Shown here: positions 46,988 to 54,248 of the stretch, piece by piece
Layout: the number at the start of each line of letters is the position of its first letter
Position numbering within the stretch: position 1 is the stretch's first letter
Assembly: GCA_002430735.1 (NCBI GenBank)
Contig: DJCV01000017.1
Coordinates: forward strand, 17,238-81,237
Direction of reading: 5' to 3'
From: Candidatus Woesebacteria bacterium UBA5941
GTDB lineage: Bacteria > Patescibacteriota > Microgenomatia > UBA8517
Length of the DNA: 64,000 nucleotides
Position numbers and translations under genes: made by a program
The notes under the pieces: model-generated
The model's input: the letters and a program-made list of their open reading frames with translations, nothing else
Database searches by the model: none
What the model was told of the DNA's origin: nothing

Positions 46988-47347
46988 ATGAGTACCCCCG
47001 AAATTATTTCAGAACAGCCAGTGCAACCAGAAATGACCCCACGGGTTGAACAACCGATTGTTCCAGAGACGGCACAGCAGTTGGGAGTTACAGCACCACC
47101 ACAAGCACCTAAGCCAATTGCAGCACCTGATAACCCAGTTGTGGTGCAGCCTGTTTCAATTACACCGCTCCCGGATGAAACCCCATCGCTTACTGTTCCA
47201 ACCAATATTGCATTAAGTGAAAAAGAGCTTGAGAAAGGGGCGACTGGACCATCGAATTTGGCTGTCACCTGGCTTGATATGTATTGGCTGAGAGAAGTAG
47301 GCCGCGCGTTTAGCAAGGGTTGGAAAGTCATTTTTGGAGCAAAATAA
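46988..47347 (+). CDS. Pro/Gln-rich hypothetical protein upstream of the T4SS-like ATPase
   Basis: Low-complexity N-part, G..S.AVTWL..YWLR C-terminal helix; TACAAT 6 nt before ATG. Confidence 0.7.
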   Translation: MSTPEIISEQPVQPEMTPRVEQPIVPETAQQLGVTAPPQAPKPIAAPDNPVVVQPVSITPLPDETPSLTVPTNIALSEKELEKGATGPSNLAVTWLDMYWLREVGRAFSKGWKVIFGAK

Positions 47348-47353
47348 AACAGA

Positions 47354-49717
47354 ATGAAATCCCCACTGCCACTCTCAAATCCAGAAGCTGTAATAGGCTT
47401 TGATTTCGCGACTATTTTTTTGGCACTGTTTCTCTTTGCATTCGTCTTCTTATCCGTTGTAATCGGGATTTGGATCTGGACCCATTTTTATCGATACAGA
47501 GATCGAGAAAAACGCTCGCTTGATTCAGTTCTGTTGCAAGTGGCTGTCTCACGGGGGAATGAAGTCAAAATTGATGCAATGGAACAGCTGTTTGCGTCAC
47601 TGCATGCGATTAAAAAAGGTGGATGGAAACAACGATTTTCTACACAGCCTCAAATCTCATTTGAGATAATTGCAAAGCCAGAAGAAATTCGCTTTTATGT
47701 GTGGACCTATAAAAGCTTGCAGGATCTTGTTGAAAAACAAATACACGGTGCATATCCTGATGCCGAGATCGTTGAAGTTCCTGAACACAATATTTTTACT
47801 CAGGATGGAAAAGTTGCATACAAGTCATTTCAGCTCAAGAAAGATAGTTTCTACCCAATAAAAACGTTTAAAGAATTGCCCACTGATCCACTTGCATCAC
47901 TTACTTCAGCTCTTGCAAAAATGGGACCAGGAGAAGGAGCCGCTATTCAAATTCTAGTGTCTCCACAAGACAACGATTGGAAGTCTGGTGGAAGAGGATT
48001 TATTGCTGAAACAAAAAAACAAGAAAGTAATCCCGAAAAGGCGAAGTATTCAGTCCCAGCCAAAACCTTGGAAGCCGTTGAAAATAAAATATCAAAACCT
48101 GGGTTTGATATCTCAATTCGAGTTGTTGTGGTTTCACCGACAGAAGAAGGTGCAAGTGGGCACTTAAGTAATATTTCTACTGCATTTTCTCAGTTTGATG
48201 GTGAATATAACGGATTTGGAAGCCGAAAAATCCGGCGAAAAACAGCATTTGTGGAGGATTTTGTCTACCGATATCACCCAATGTTTGAAGTATTTGGAAA
48301 TCACAAATCCATTTTAAGTTCAGAAGAACTTGCCACCATTTTCCATTTCCCAAATAAACTCATCACCACTCCGCATATCTTATGGCTCACCGCCAAGTCA
48401 GCACCTGCACCTGCACAAATTCCTACTGAAGGGCTCTATCTTGGCATGAGTAATTATCGAGGGGTGAAGCGACCAGTGTACATGGGGGAGGCCGACCGTC
48501 TACGACACACCTACATTATTGGAAAGACAGGAACAGGTAAGTCAAAGTTTTTGCTTGAGCTTATGAAGCAAGATATCAAAAACGGAAAAGGACTCTGTTT
48601 TATGGATCCTCATGGTGATGCAGTTGAAGAGTTGCTTGAATACATTCCACCCGAACGCGCAGAGGATGTTATTTACTTCAGGCCATCTGATGTGGATCGG
48701 CCCATGGGATTAAATCTTTTGGAAGCAAAAACTGAAGATCAGAAACATTTTGTAACTACTTCTGTCATTAACTTAATGTATAAGCTCTTTGATCCTTACA
48801 AGACCGGTATTGTTGGACCACGATTTGAACATGCGGTGAGAAATGCAATGTTGACGGTTATGAGTGAACCTGGAAACACATTCATTGAAGTCATGAGAAT
48901 TTTGACTGATTCAAATTACGTTAAAGAAATGCTTCCAAAAGTACAAGATCCGATTGTGAGGCGGTATTGGACAGATCAAATTGCACAAACTTCAGATTTT
49001 CATAAATCAGAAACCCTAGACTATATCACGTCAAAATTTGGACGATTTGTGACGAATAAAATGATTCGAAATTTAATCGGTCAATCACAAAGTTCGTTTG
49101 ATTTTAGAAAGATCATGGATGAAGGGAAAATTCTTCTTGTGAACCTCTCAAAAGGGGAATTGGGAGAAGAAAACTCAAGTTTTTTGGGACTTATTTTAGT
49201 TCCTCGAATCTTGATGGCTGCCATGAGTCGTGCGGACATTCCCGAGGAACAACGCCGCGACTTTTTCTTGTACGTTGACGAGTTTCAAAACTTCGCGACT
49301 CCCGACTTCTCACAGATCTTGTCTGAGGCTCGTAAGTATAAACTTTCTCTTACAGTAGCGAACCAGTTCGTGGGACAAATCGATGAAGAAATCAAAAACG
49401 CAATCTTTGGAAACGTAGGAACTATCATGAGTTACCGAGTGGGGGTCAGTGACGCCAATTATTTAGCACGAGAATTTGCACCAGTATTTAATGAGGATGA
49501 TTTATTGAATATTGAACGCTATCACGTCTATATTCGAACCCTGGTGAATAATGAGCCAGTTCCGCCATTTTCAATGGATTTGACTCGTGATTTAAAGCAA
49601 TCAGGGAACACGAAGAGCGCAGAAGTTGCAAAGCTTATTAAGGACATGAGTCGTATTAAGTACGGCCGTGACTTACGCCTCGTTGAGACAGAGATTGCCA
49701 GAAGATCACGCTTGTAG
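47354..49717 (+). CDS. VirD4/TraG-like (HerA/FtsK superfamily) membrane ATPase, type IV secretion coupling-protein-like
   Basis: N-terminal TM; RHTYIIGKTGTGKS, DPHGD, LYVDEFQNF, SEARKY, ANQF, IFGNVGT. Confidence 0.88.
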   Translation: MKSPLPLSNPEAVIGFDFATIFLALFLFAFVFLSVVIGIWIWTHFYRYRDREKRSLDSVLLQVAVSRGNEVKIDAMEQLFASLHAIKKGGWKQRFSTQPQISFEIIAKPEEIRFYVWTYKSLQDLVEKQIHGAYPDAEIVEVPEHNIFTQDGKVAYKSFQLKKDSFYPIKTFKELPTDPLASLTSALAKMGPGEGAAIQILVSPQDNDWKSGGRGFIAETKKQESNPEKAKYSVPAKTLEAVENKISKPGFDISIRVVVVSPTEEGASGHLSNISTAFSQFDGEYNGFGSRKIRRKTAFVEDFVYRYHPMFEVFGNHKSILSSEELATIFHFPNKLITTPHILWLTAKSAPAPAQIPTEGLYLGMSNYRGVKRPVYMGEADRLRHTYIIGKTGTGKSKFLLELMKQDIKNGKGLCFMDPHGDAVEELLEYIPPERAEDVIYFRPSDVDRPMGLNLLEAKTEDQKHFVTTSVINLMYKLFDPYKTGIVGPRFEHAVRNAMLTVMSEPGNTFIEVMRILTDSNYVKEMLPKVQDPIVRRYWTDQIAQTSDFHKSETLDYITSKFGRFVTNKMIRNLIGQSQSSFDFRKIMDEGKILLVNLSKGELGEENSSFLGLILVPRILMAAMSRADIPEEQRRDFFLYVDEFQNFATPDFSQILSEARKYKLSLTVANQFVGQIDEEIKNAIFGNVGTIMSYRVGVSDANYLAREFAPVFNEDDLLNIERYHVYIRTLVNNEPVPPFSMDLTRDLKQSGNTKSAEVAKLIKDMSRIKYGRDLRLVETEIARRSRL

Positions 49718-49769
49718 CCTTCATTTGATATACTATAGCCCTCAGTATTCTATCCTAAAAGGAGGGAGT

Positions 49770-50126
49770 ATGTTTGAAGTACCAATCCGCAGTGGGCCTG
49801 AAGGATACCAGTTTACCTTTTTAGTCGGGAACGGTTTTTTGGAGATTCTAAACCAAGATTTTCCCGGAAAACCATGGAGAATCCCGATTACGGAAAAGAT
49901 TCAGCGTGGCGCAAAGGTGAGCGTGTTAAGCACATCCACTTATCCGCTTCGTCTATGGTCAGATGGGGACGATCTGGTAATTTCAATAAAAGGATTGATC
50001 CCTGACGAAGAAATGTCCTGGCGTGTCGACATTGATGCATTCAACGACCATTTGTTTGAGGTCGGGATACCACAGCCTGTTGTCGATATGCGCGGAACCC
50101 GGTGGATAGATGAGGGTGAGGAATAA
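49770..50126 (+). CDS. 118 aa hypothetical protein (ORFan cassette)
   Basis: TGATATACT, leader, AAAGGAGG SD, terminator after stop. Confidence 0.65.
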   Translation: MFEVPIRSGPEGYQFTFLVGNGFLEILNQDFPGKPWRIPITEKIQRGAKVSVLSTSTYPLRLWSDGDDLVISIKGLIPDEEMSWRVDIDAFNDHLFEVGIPQPVVDMRGTRWIDEGEE

Positions 50127-50145
50127 TATCCTCATCAGTTTCAGT

Positions 50146-50176
50146 AGAGGTTGGCCGATCTGGTCAGCCTCTTTTT
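50146..50176 (+). terminator. Intrinsic terminator
   Basis: AGAGGTTGGCC-gatct-GGTCAGCCTCT followed by a T tract. Confidence 0.8.
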
Positions 50177-50217
50177 ATTTCCCTCGGTTCATGCTTTGCT
50201 ATAATACGCATGTAATT

Positions 50218-50289
50218 GGGCCTATCGTTTAACGGTTAGGACACGATTCTTATAAAGTCGGTACGATGGTTCGACTCCATCTAGGCCCA
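50218..50289 (+). tRNA. tRNA-Ile, anticodon TAT (UAU)
   Basis: Acceptor GGGCCTA/TAGGCCC + A73; anticodon arm CGATT-CTTATAA-AGTCG; T arm GATGG-TTCGACT-CCATC; TGCTATAAT upstream; CCA not encoded. Confidence 0.9.
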
Positions 50290-50310
50290 CACTGGTTTTT
50301 TACTACTTAT

Positions 50311-50523
50311 ATGGAACACTTAAAATTAACGAAAGAACAAAAGATAAAACGATTAACTGAAGAAAATGAACGATTGCAGGCTCGATTAGACGGGTTATAT
50401 AAGACGTTTAGGGGTGTACGACACGAAGATAGTGCGAGCGAAATGAAATACACAACAATTAAGGTGCTTGAAGCTCATATCCATTCAATAAATGAGGAGC
50501 TAAAAAACTTAACGCAGAAATAA
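50311..50523 (+). CDS. 70 aa coiled-coil hairpin protein
   Basis: MEHLKLTKEQ...; the longer track ORF starts inside the tRNA. Confidence 0.6.
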   Translation: MEHLKLTKEQKIKRLTEENERLQARLDGLYKTFRGVRHEDSASEMKYTTIKVLEAHIHSINEELKNLTQK

Positions 50524-50525
50524 GA

Positions 50526-51398
50526 TTACAACTCTTCTAAGTGTTGTTTACTTCCTGAAGTCTTAATTTGAGCAAGCTCTAAATATCTTTCAGTAGTTGA
50601 AAGTCTCTTGTGACCGGAAACACGAGAAAGGAGCACGAGGTCAACTCCACGTTTTAAGTTTTCAACCATAAAGGTCGTTCGCAAATCATTTACTGAATAT
50701 TGTGGCATTTCAGCTTTTTGCAAATATCGATCGATTGCAGCTCGAATGTTTCGAACAGCAAGTGGTTTACCGTTTTTGCTTACAAATAGGTGAACTGCCT
50801 TCGGAAGTTGTGGTCGGCTTGCCATGTACATTTGAATAGCAGCAATAGCAGCTGTAGTTAATGGAACTTCACGTTGAGGCTGTGTTGCGTATGATTCAAC
50901 GATTAATCGATCCTTTTTAATGCTTTCCAGCTTCAAATTAGCTACCTCTGAAATACGGAGCCCAGCTTGTAAAATAAGTTCAACCATTGCTGAGATTCGA
51001 ACATCGCCTCGAACATAATCTCTGAGTGATCGATATTCCTTTTCAGTTAAAAACTGTGGCATGCTAGACTCAATTTTAGGGTGGCTAACATCTCGTGAAG
51101 GGTCTTTTTCAATAGATTTTTGGTCCTTCATCCATCGGAAAAAGGTTTTAATGGCGTTTAACTTTCGGGAAGTTGATTTAGCCGTGTATTTTTGAGCAAG
51201 CAAAAAATCTCGAAAATTTTCGAGATCTACGCTGCGTACTTCACTCGCCAAAGTCTTATTTCGCTCATATAAAAAGCTCAATAATTGATCAATATCTGAT
51301 CGGTAGGCTAATACGGTCGAAGGAGATCGGCCTTTTTCTGTAAGACTCTGAATGAATTCTGGTACGTAGTCTGCGAGCTGTTTGTTAGTGTCTGTCAT
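50526..51398 (-). CDS. XerC/XerD-like tyrosine recombinase
   Basis: SPSTVLAYRSD SAM-like domain, RKLNAIKTFF, GLRISE, NDLR (HxxR variant), GHKRLSTTERY. Confidence 0.88.
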   Translation of the reverse strand: MTDTNKQLADYVPEFIQSLTEKGRSPSTVLAYRSDIDQLLSFLYERNKTLASEVRSVDLENFRDFLLAQKYTAKSTSRKLNAIKTFFRWMKDQKSIEKDPSRDVSHPKIESSMPQFLTEKEYRSLRDYVRGDVRISAMVELILQAGLRISEVANLKLESIKKDRLIVESYATQPQREVPLTTAAIAAIQMYMASRPQLPKAVHLFVSKNGKPLAVRNIRAAIDRYLQKAEMPQYSVNDLRTTFMVENLKRGVDLVLLSRVSGHKRLSTTERYLELAQIKTSGSKQHLEEL

Positions 51399-51426
51399 AC
51401 GATCAAGTAAGTATAATAAACTACCA

Positions 51427-51455
51427 ATGGCCCAATGTCAAATATTATGGGCCAA
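51427..51455. promoter_or_regulatory. dif-like inverted repeat overlapping the -35 of the recombinase promoter
   Basis: ATGGCCCAATG-TCAAATA-TTATGGGCCAA; TTGACA on minus strand inside it. Confidence 0.5.
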
Positions 51456-51497
51456 GAAATATTGTATAGAGTAAATGACTAAGAGATACCAGTCAAT

Positions 51498-51866
51498 ATG
51501 AGGAATAAACAAATCCAGCGTACCGCGTATGTCATATTCCTATTGTTTCTTTGTTATTCGTTGATAGGAAATTTCAGACTCCTGTTAAAGGCGAGGAATA
51601 GCTTGAGCGAAGCACAGGCTATTCTGGAGAAGGAGACAGAGGAGAATCGGAAATTGCATGATAAGCTCGTTGAGGCTGGGAAGTTTACCTATGCTGAACG
51701 TGTCGCGCGAGATACCCTCGGACTCGCGCGCGAGAATGAAGTTGTATTCATTTTACCCCCTGAAGAATCGTTAAAAGAGTTATCTCCACGAAAAGCAGAA
51801 CGCGACAAAAAACCGGTACTTCAGGTCGTTTCCCCGTGGGAAGAGTGGCTAAAATTGTTTCTCTAG
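51498..51866 (+). CDS. Septum formation initiator (DivIC/FtsB family)
   Basis: TM, coiled coil, ERVARDTLGLARENEVVF. Confidence 0.88.
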   Translation: MRNKQIQRTAYVIFLLFLCYSLIGNFRLLLKARNSLSEAQAILEKETEENRKLHDKLVEAGKFTYAERVARDTLGLARENEVVFILPPEESLKELSPRKAERDKKPVLQVVSPWEEWLKLFL

Positions 51867-51938
51867 CCTAGATTTGATAGAATAGGTGGCTCATTAAATA
51901 ACTGTTTGGAGGACCCTATGTGGGGTAAACAGGAAACA

Positions 51939-52007
51939 TGCGGTGTAGTGTACGGTGCACGGAAGGCTCATAATCTTTCAGGCCGGGTTCGACTCCCGGC
52001 GCCGCAA
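51939..52007 (+). tRNA. tRNA-Met (CAT), divergent, initiator-like acceptor stem
   Basis: TGCGGTG/CGCCGCA + A; D arm GTGT-ACGGT-GCAC; GAAGG-CTCATAA-TCTTT; CCGGG-TTCGACT-CCCGG; 69 nt. Confidence 0.78.
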
Positions 52008-52018
52008 CAAAGAAGACG

Positions 52019-52047
52019 AAGGCTCCTTTTTTATAGAAGGGGCCTTT
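52019..52047 (+). terminator. Hairpin terminator between the two tRNA-Met genes
   Basis: AAGGCTCCTTTT-ttat-AGAAGGGGCCTT followed by TGTT. Confidence 0.65.
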
Positions 52048-52072
52048 GTTATGGTAAAATAGGCGACAAATT

Positions 52073-52145
52073 GTCAAGGTAGCTCAGTCGGTAGAGCACA
52101 GGATTCATAAACCTGCGGTCGAGAGTTCGATCCTCTCCCTTGACA
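52073..52145 (+). tRNA. tRNA-Met (CAT), elongator-type
   Basis: GTCAAGG/CCTTGAC + A; GCTC-AGTCGGTA-GAGC; CAGGA-TTCATAA-ACCTG (31:39 mismatch); GAGAG-TTCGATC-CTCTC; TGGTAAAAT promoter. Confidence 0.88.
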
Positions 52146-52150
52146 CCCAC

Positions 52151-52174
52151 AAAAAAACCGCCACTATGTGACGG
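52151..52174 (-). terminator. Intrinsic terminator of the minus-strand ORFan
   Basis: Minus strand CCGTCAC-ata-GTGGCGG-T7. Confidence 0.75.
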
Positions 52175-52206
52175 CTTTTCGCTTTAATGGGTAGAGTGTT
52201 CCTCTT

Positions 52207-52710
52207 TTATAATTCCAGATTGCTCCGGGCTTTGGTGTACTTGAACTCAACTACTTTCACGCGGCCCAATGTCACGGCATTTAAAGCGACTGTTATGTTT
52301 GTCAACGTGGCTTTGTCTGGCTGCAAGCCGTGCAATTGCTCCATCGTGTGGTGTCGGATTTCGTGGATTAACACGCTTTCCAAGAACACGCTGATTTGTT
52401 GCACCTGTGCAGTTGTAATGCCCGCGCTCAGTACCAGACTGTACGACAATTCCGCGAGTATTCCATCTGTTGTCCTATCCCAGAGAGAGTCAACCCACCG
52501 TTTGTTCGGCGTACGCACCCGAATAACTTTGTATTCAATGATGCTATACGGCAAGGTTTCAAATGCCAGCCAGGTAATGAGCAAAGCGCAAACTACAATG
52601 GTTGCGGGCTGGACTGCAATTGCTAAGAATACCAAGATGAAAGGCGATAGTATTGCAGCCGCAAAAAGGATGGTAATACCGATAACAATCTGACGAGCTA
52701 CTGCGGTCAT
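52207..52710 (-). CDS. 167 aa membrane hypothetical protein (ORFan cassette), contains HEIRH
   Basis: TTGACA-17-TATATT promoter, GAGGAGGT SD, two N-terminal TMs, own terminator. Confidence 0.65.
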   Translation of the reverse strand: MTAVARQIVIGITILFAAAILSPFILVFLAIAVQPATIVVCALLITWLAFETLPYSIIEYKVIRVRTPNKRWVDSLWDRTTDGILAELSYSLVLSAGITTAQVQQISVFLESVLIHEIRHHTMEQLHGLQPDKATLTNITVALNAVTLGRVKVVEFKYTKARSNLEL

Positions 52711-52815
52711 TTTGACCTCCTCTACTAAAAGCGAATATATAAATATACCCTATATTACGCGATTTGTCAATATGGATGAGTATCAATTTTGCCTCTTTTC
52801 GTGTAGTATTTGCAC

Positions 52816-53847
52816 ATGAAGAAACGTGTTTTGTCAGGAATTCGAGCCTCAGGGAGGCTTCATCTGGGAAATTACCTGGGTGCCGTTAAAGGGATGCTTG
52901 AGCTGCAAAACAATCCTGAGTACGAGACCTTTTACATGGTTGCAGATCTTCATGCGTTAACTACTCCACACGACATTGATGAATTACGAAAAAATAGGCG
53001 TGAAGTTGTAATCGACTACTTAGCCGCAGGGCTTGATCCTGAAAAGTCAGTTATCTTTCAACAAGCAGATAGCCTTCATGCTGAGCTTGCTTTTTATCTC
53101 TCAAGCGTCGTTACTGTTGCCCGATTGCAACATTTACCAACGTATAAGGAAAAGGTCAAACAATATCCAGAGCACTCAACGATGGCGCTTCTTAACTATC
53201 CAGTTCTCATGAGCGCAGATATATTAGCCTACAAAGCTCATGCTGTACCGGTAGGGGATGATCAAATTCCACATTTAGAAGTCGCACGCGAGATTGCACG
53301 GAAAATGAATGAACAATACGGGATGGATTTTCCAGAACCTGAGCAGTTTAAAACAACAGGTCATTACGTTCCTTCTCTCACTGGACAGGGGAAAATGAGC
53401 AAATCTGTTGAAGGAAGCTTTATTACACTCACAGATACTATTGAAACAATTAAAAAGCGCCTTGCAGGTGTTGCGACTGATTCAGGGAAAGGGTATATCG
53501 AAAAAGGTTTATACATTGATCAACAATTTTCCCGACACGAAACGGATGCAGTCTCTTATTCTGATGGTGTATCTGTTCTCATGGATTTCGTAACCCTTTT
53601 TCAGGGAAATCACAGAAAAGAGGAATACGATACGCTCTACACTTCAACGGGTATTCGGTATTCTGATCTGAAGAACGAATTAGCAGATGCAATTTACAAA
53701 GAGTTAGAACCACTGCAGGAAAAAAGAAGAGAACTCGAGGAAAAGATTGAATATGTTGACGAAGTGATTCATGAAGGTGGTAAGAAAGCACGAGCTGTTG
53801 TTGAAGAAACAATTCTTGAAGTGCGGGAAAAGATGGGTCTTAAATAA
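52816..53847 (+). CDS. trpS: Tryptophan--tRNA ligase
   Basis: SGIRASGRLHLGNYLG, ADLHALT, YPVLMSADIL, VPVGDDQ, KMSKS. Confidence 0.97.
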   Translation: MKKRVLSGIRASGRLHLGNYLGAVKGMLELQNNPEYETFYMVADLHALTTPHDIDELRKNRREVVIDYLAAGLDPEKSVIFQQADSLHAELAFYLSSVVTVARLQHLPTYKEKVKQYPEHSTMALLNYPVLMSADILAYKAHAVPVGDDQIPHLEVAREIARKMNEQYGMDFPEPEQFKTTGHYVPSLTGQGKMSKSVEGSFITLTDTIETIKKRLAGVATDSGKGYIEKGLYIDQQFSRHETDAVSYSDGVSVLMDFVTLFQGNHRKEEYDTLYTSTGIRYSDLKNELADAIYKELEPLQEKRRELEEKIEYVDEVIHEGGKKARAVVEETILEVREKMGLK

Positions 53848-53852
53848 TTACT

Positions 53853-54227
53853 ATGATTTCTATTACTGATGTTGAAAAATTAGATTTGCGCATTGGAACG
53901 GTTGTCGATGCAGTAGTTCCTGAATGGAGCCATTGGGTCATTAAATTGACTGTCGATTTTGGTGAGGAGATTGGGATGAAAACAATTTTCACTGGAATGC
54001 TTGGCTTTTATAAGCCCGAGGAATTTGTCGGACAACAGTTTCCGTTTGTTACAAATTTAGAACCAAAACGTATTGGACCAAAAGGTGAAGATGGTACATA
54101 CAACTTCAGTGAAGGAATGCTTATGGCAGCAAGTGTGAAGCTTCCTGAAAAAGATGGAGAACACGACGAAAAGCCAGTGCTCATGCCGCTTCAAACAAAA
54201 GTTCCTAATGGCACTCGCATTAGGTAA
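53853..54227 (+). CDS. tRNA-binding OB-fold protein (Trbp111/CsaA/MetRS C-terminal type)
   Basis: KLDLRIGTV, LTVDFG, NLEPK, SEGMLMA, VPNGTRIR. Confidence 0.88.
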   Translation: MISITDVEKLDLRIGTVVDAVVPEWSHWVIKLTVDFGEEIGMKTIFTGMLGFYKPEEFVGQQFPFVTNLEPKRIGPKGEDGTYNFSEGMLMAASVKLPEKDGEHDEKPVLMPLQTKVPNGTRIR

Positions 54228-54248
54228 CTGCTACAATAACCTCGTTTT

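Noticed and set aside
50218-52145. Integrative element or prophage suggested by a tyrosine recombinase next to tRNAs
   Set aside because: No duplicated tRNA 3' end (att) seen, no phage or conjugation genes, neighbours are divIC and trpS, and the protein is Xer-sized.
52073-52145. Assigning this CAU tRNA as lysidine-type Ile2
   Set aside because: The acceptor GTCAAGG lacks the C4-G69 Ile determinant; elongator Met fits better, though a model-based check is needed.
7777-52170. Recurrent CTATGTG hairpin loop at about 7777, 51916 and 52164
   Set aside because: Only 7 nt, the stems are unrelated and the functional strands differ; compatible with chance.
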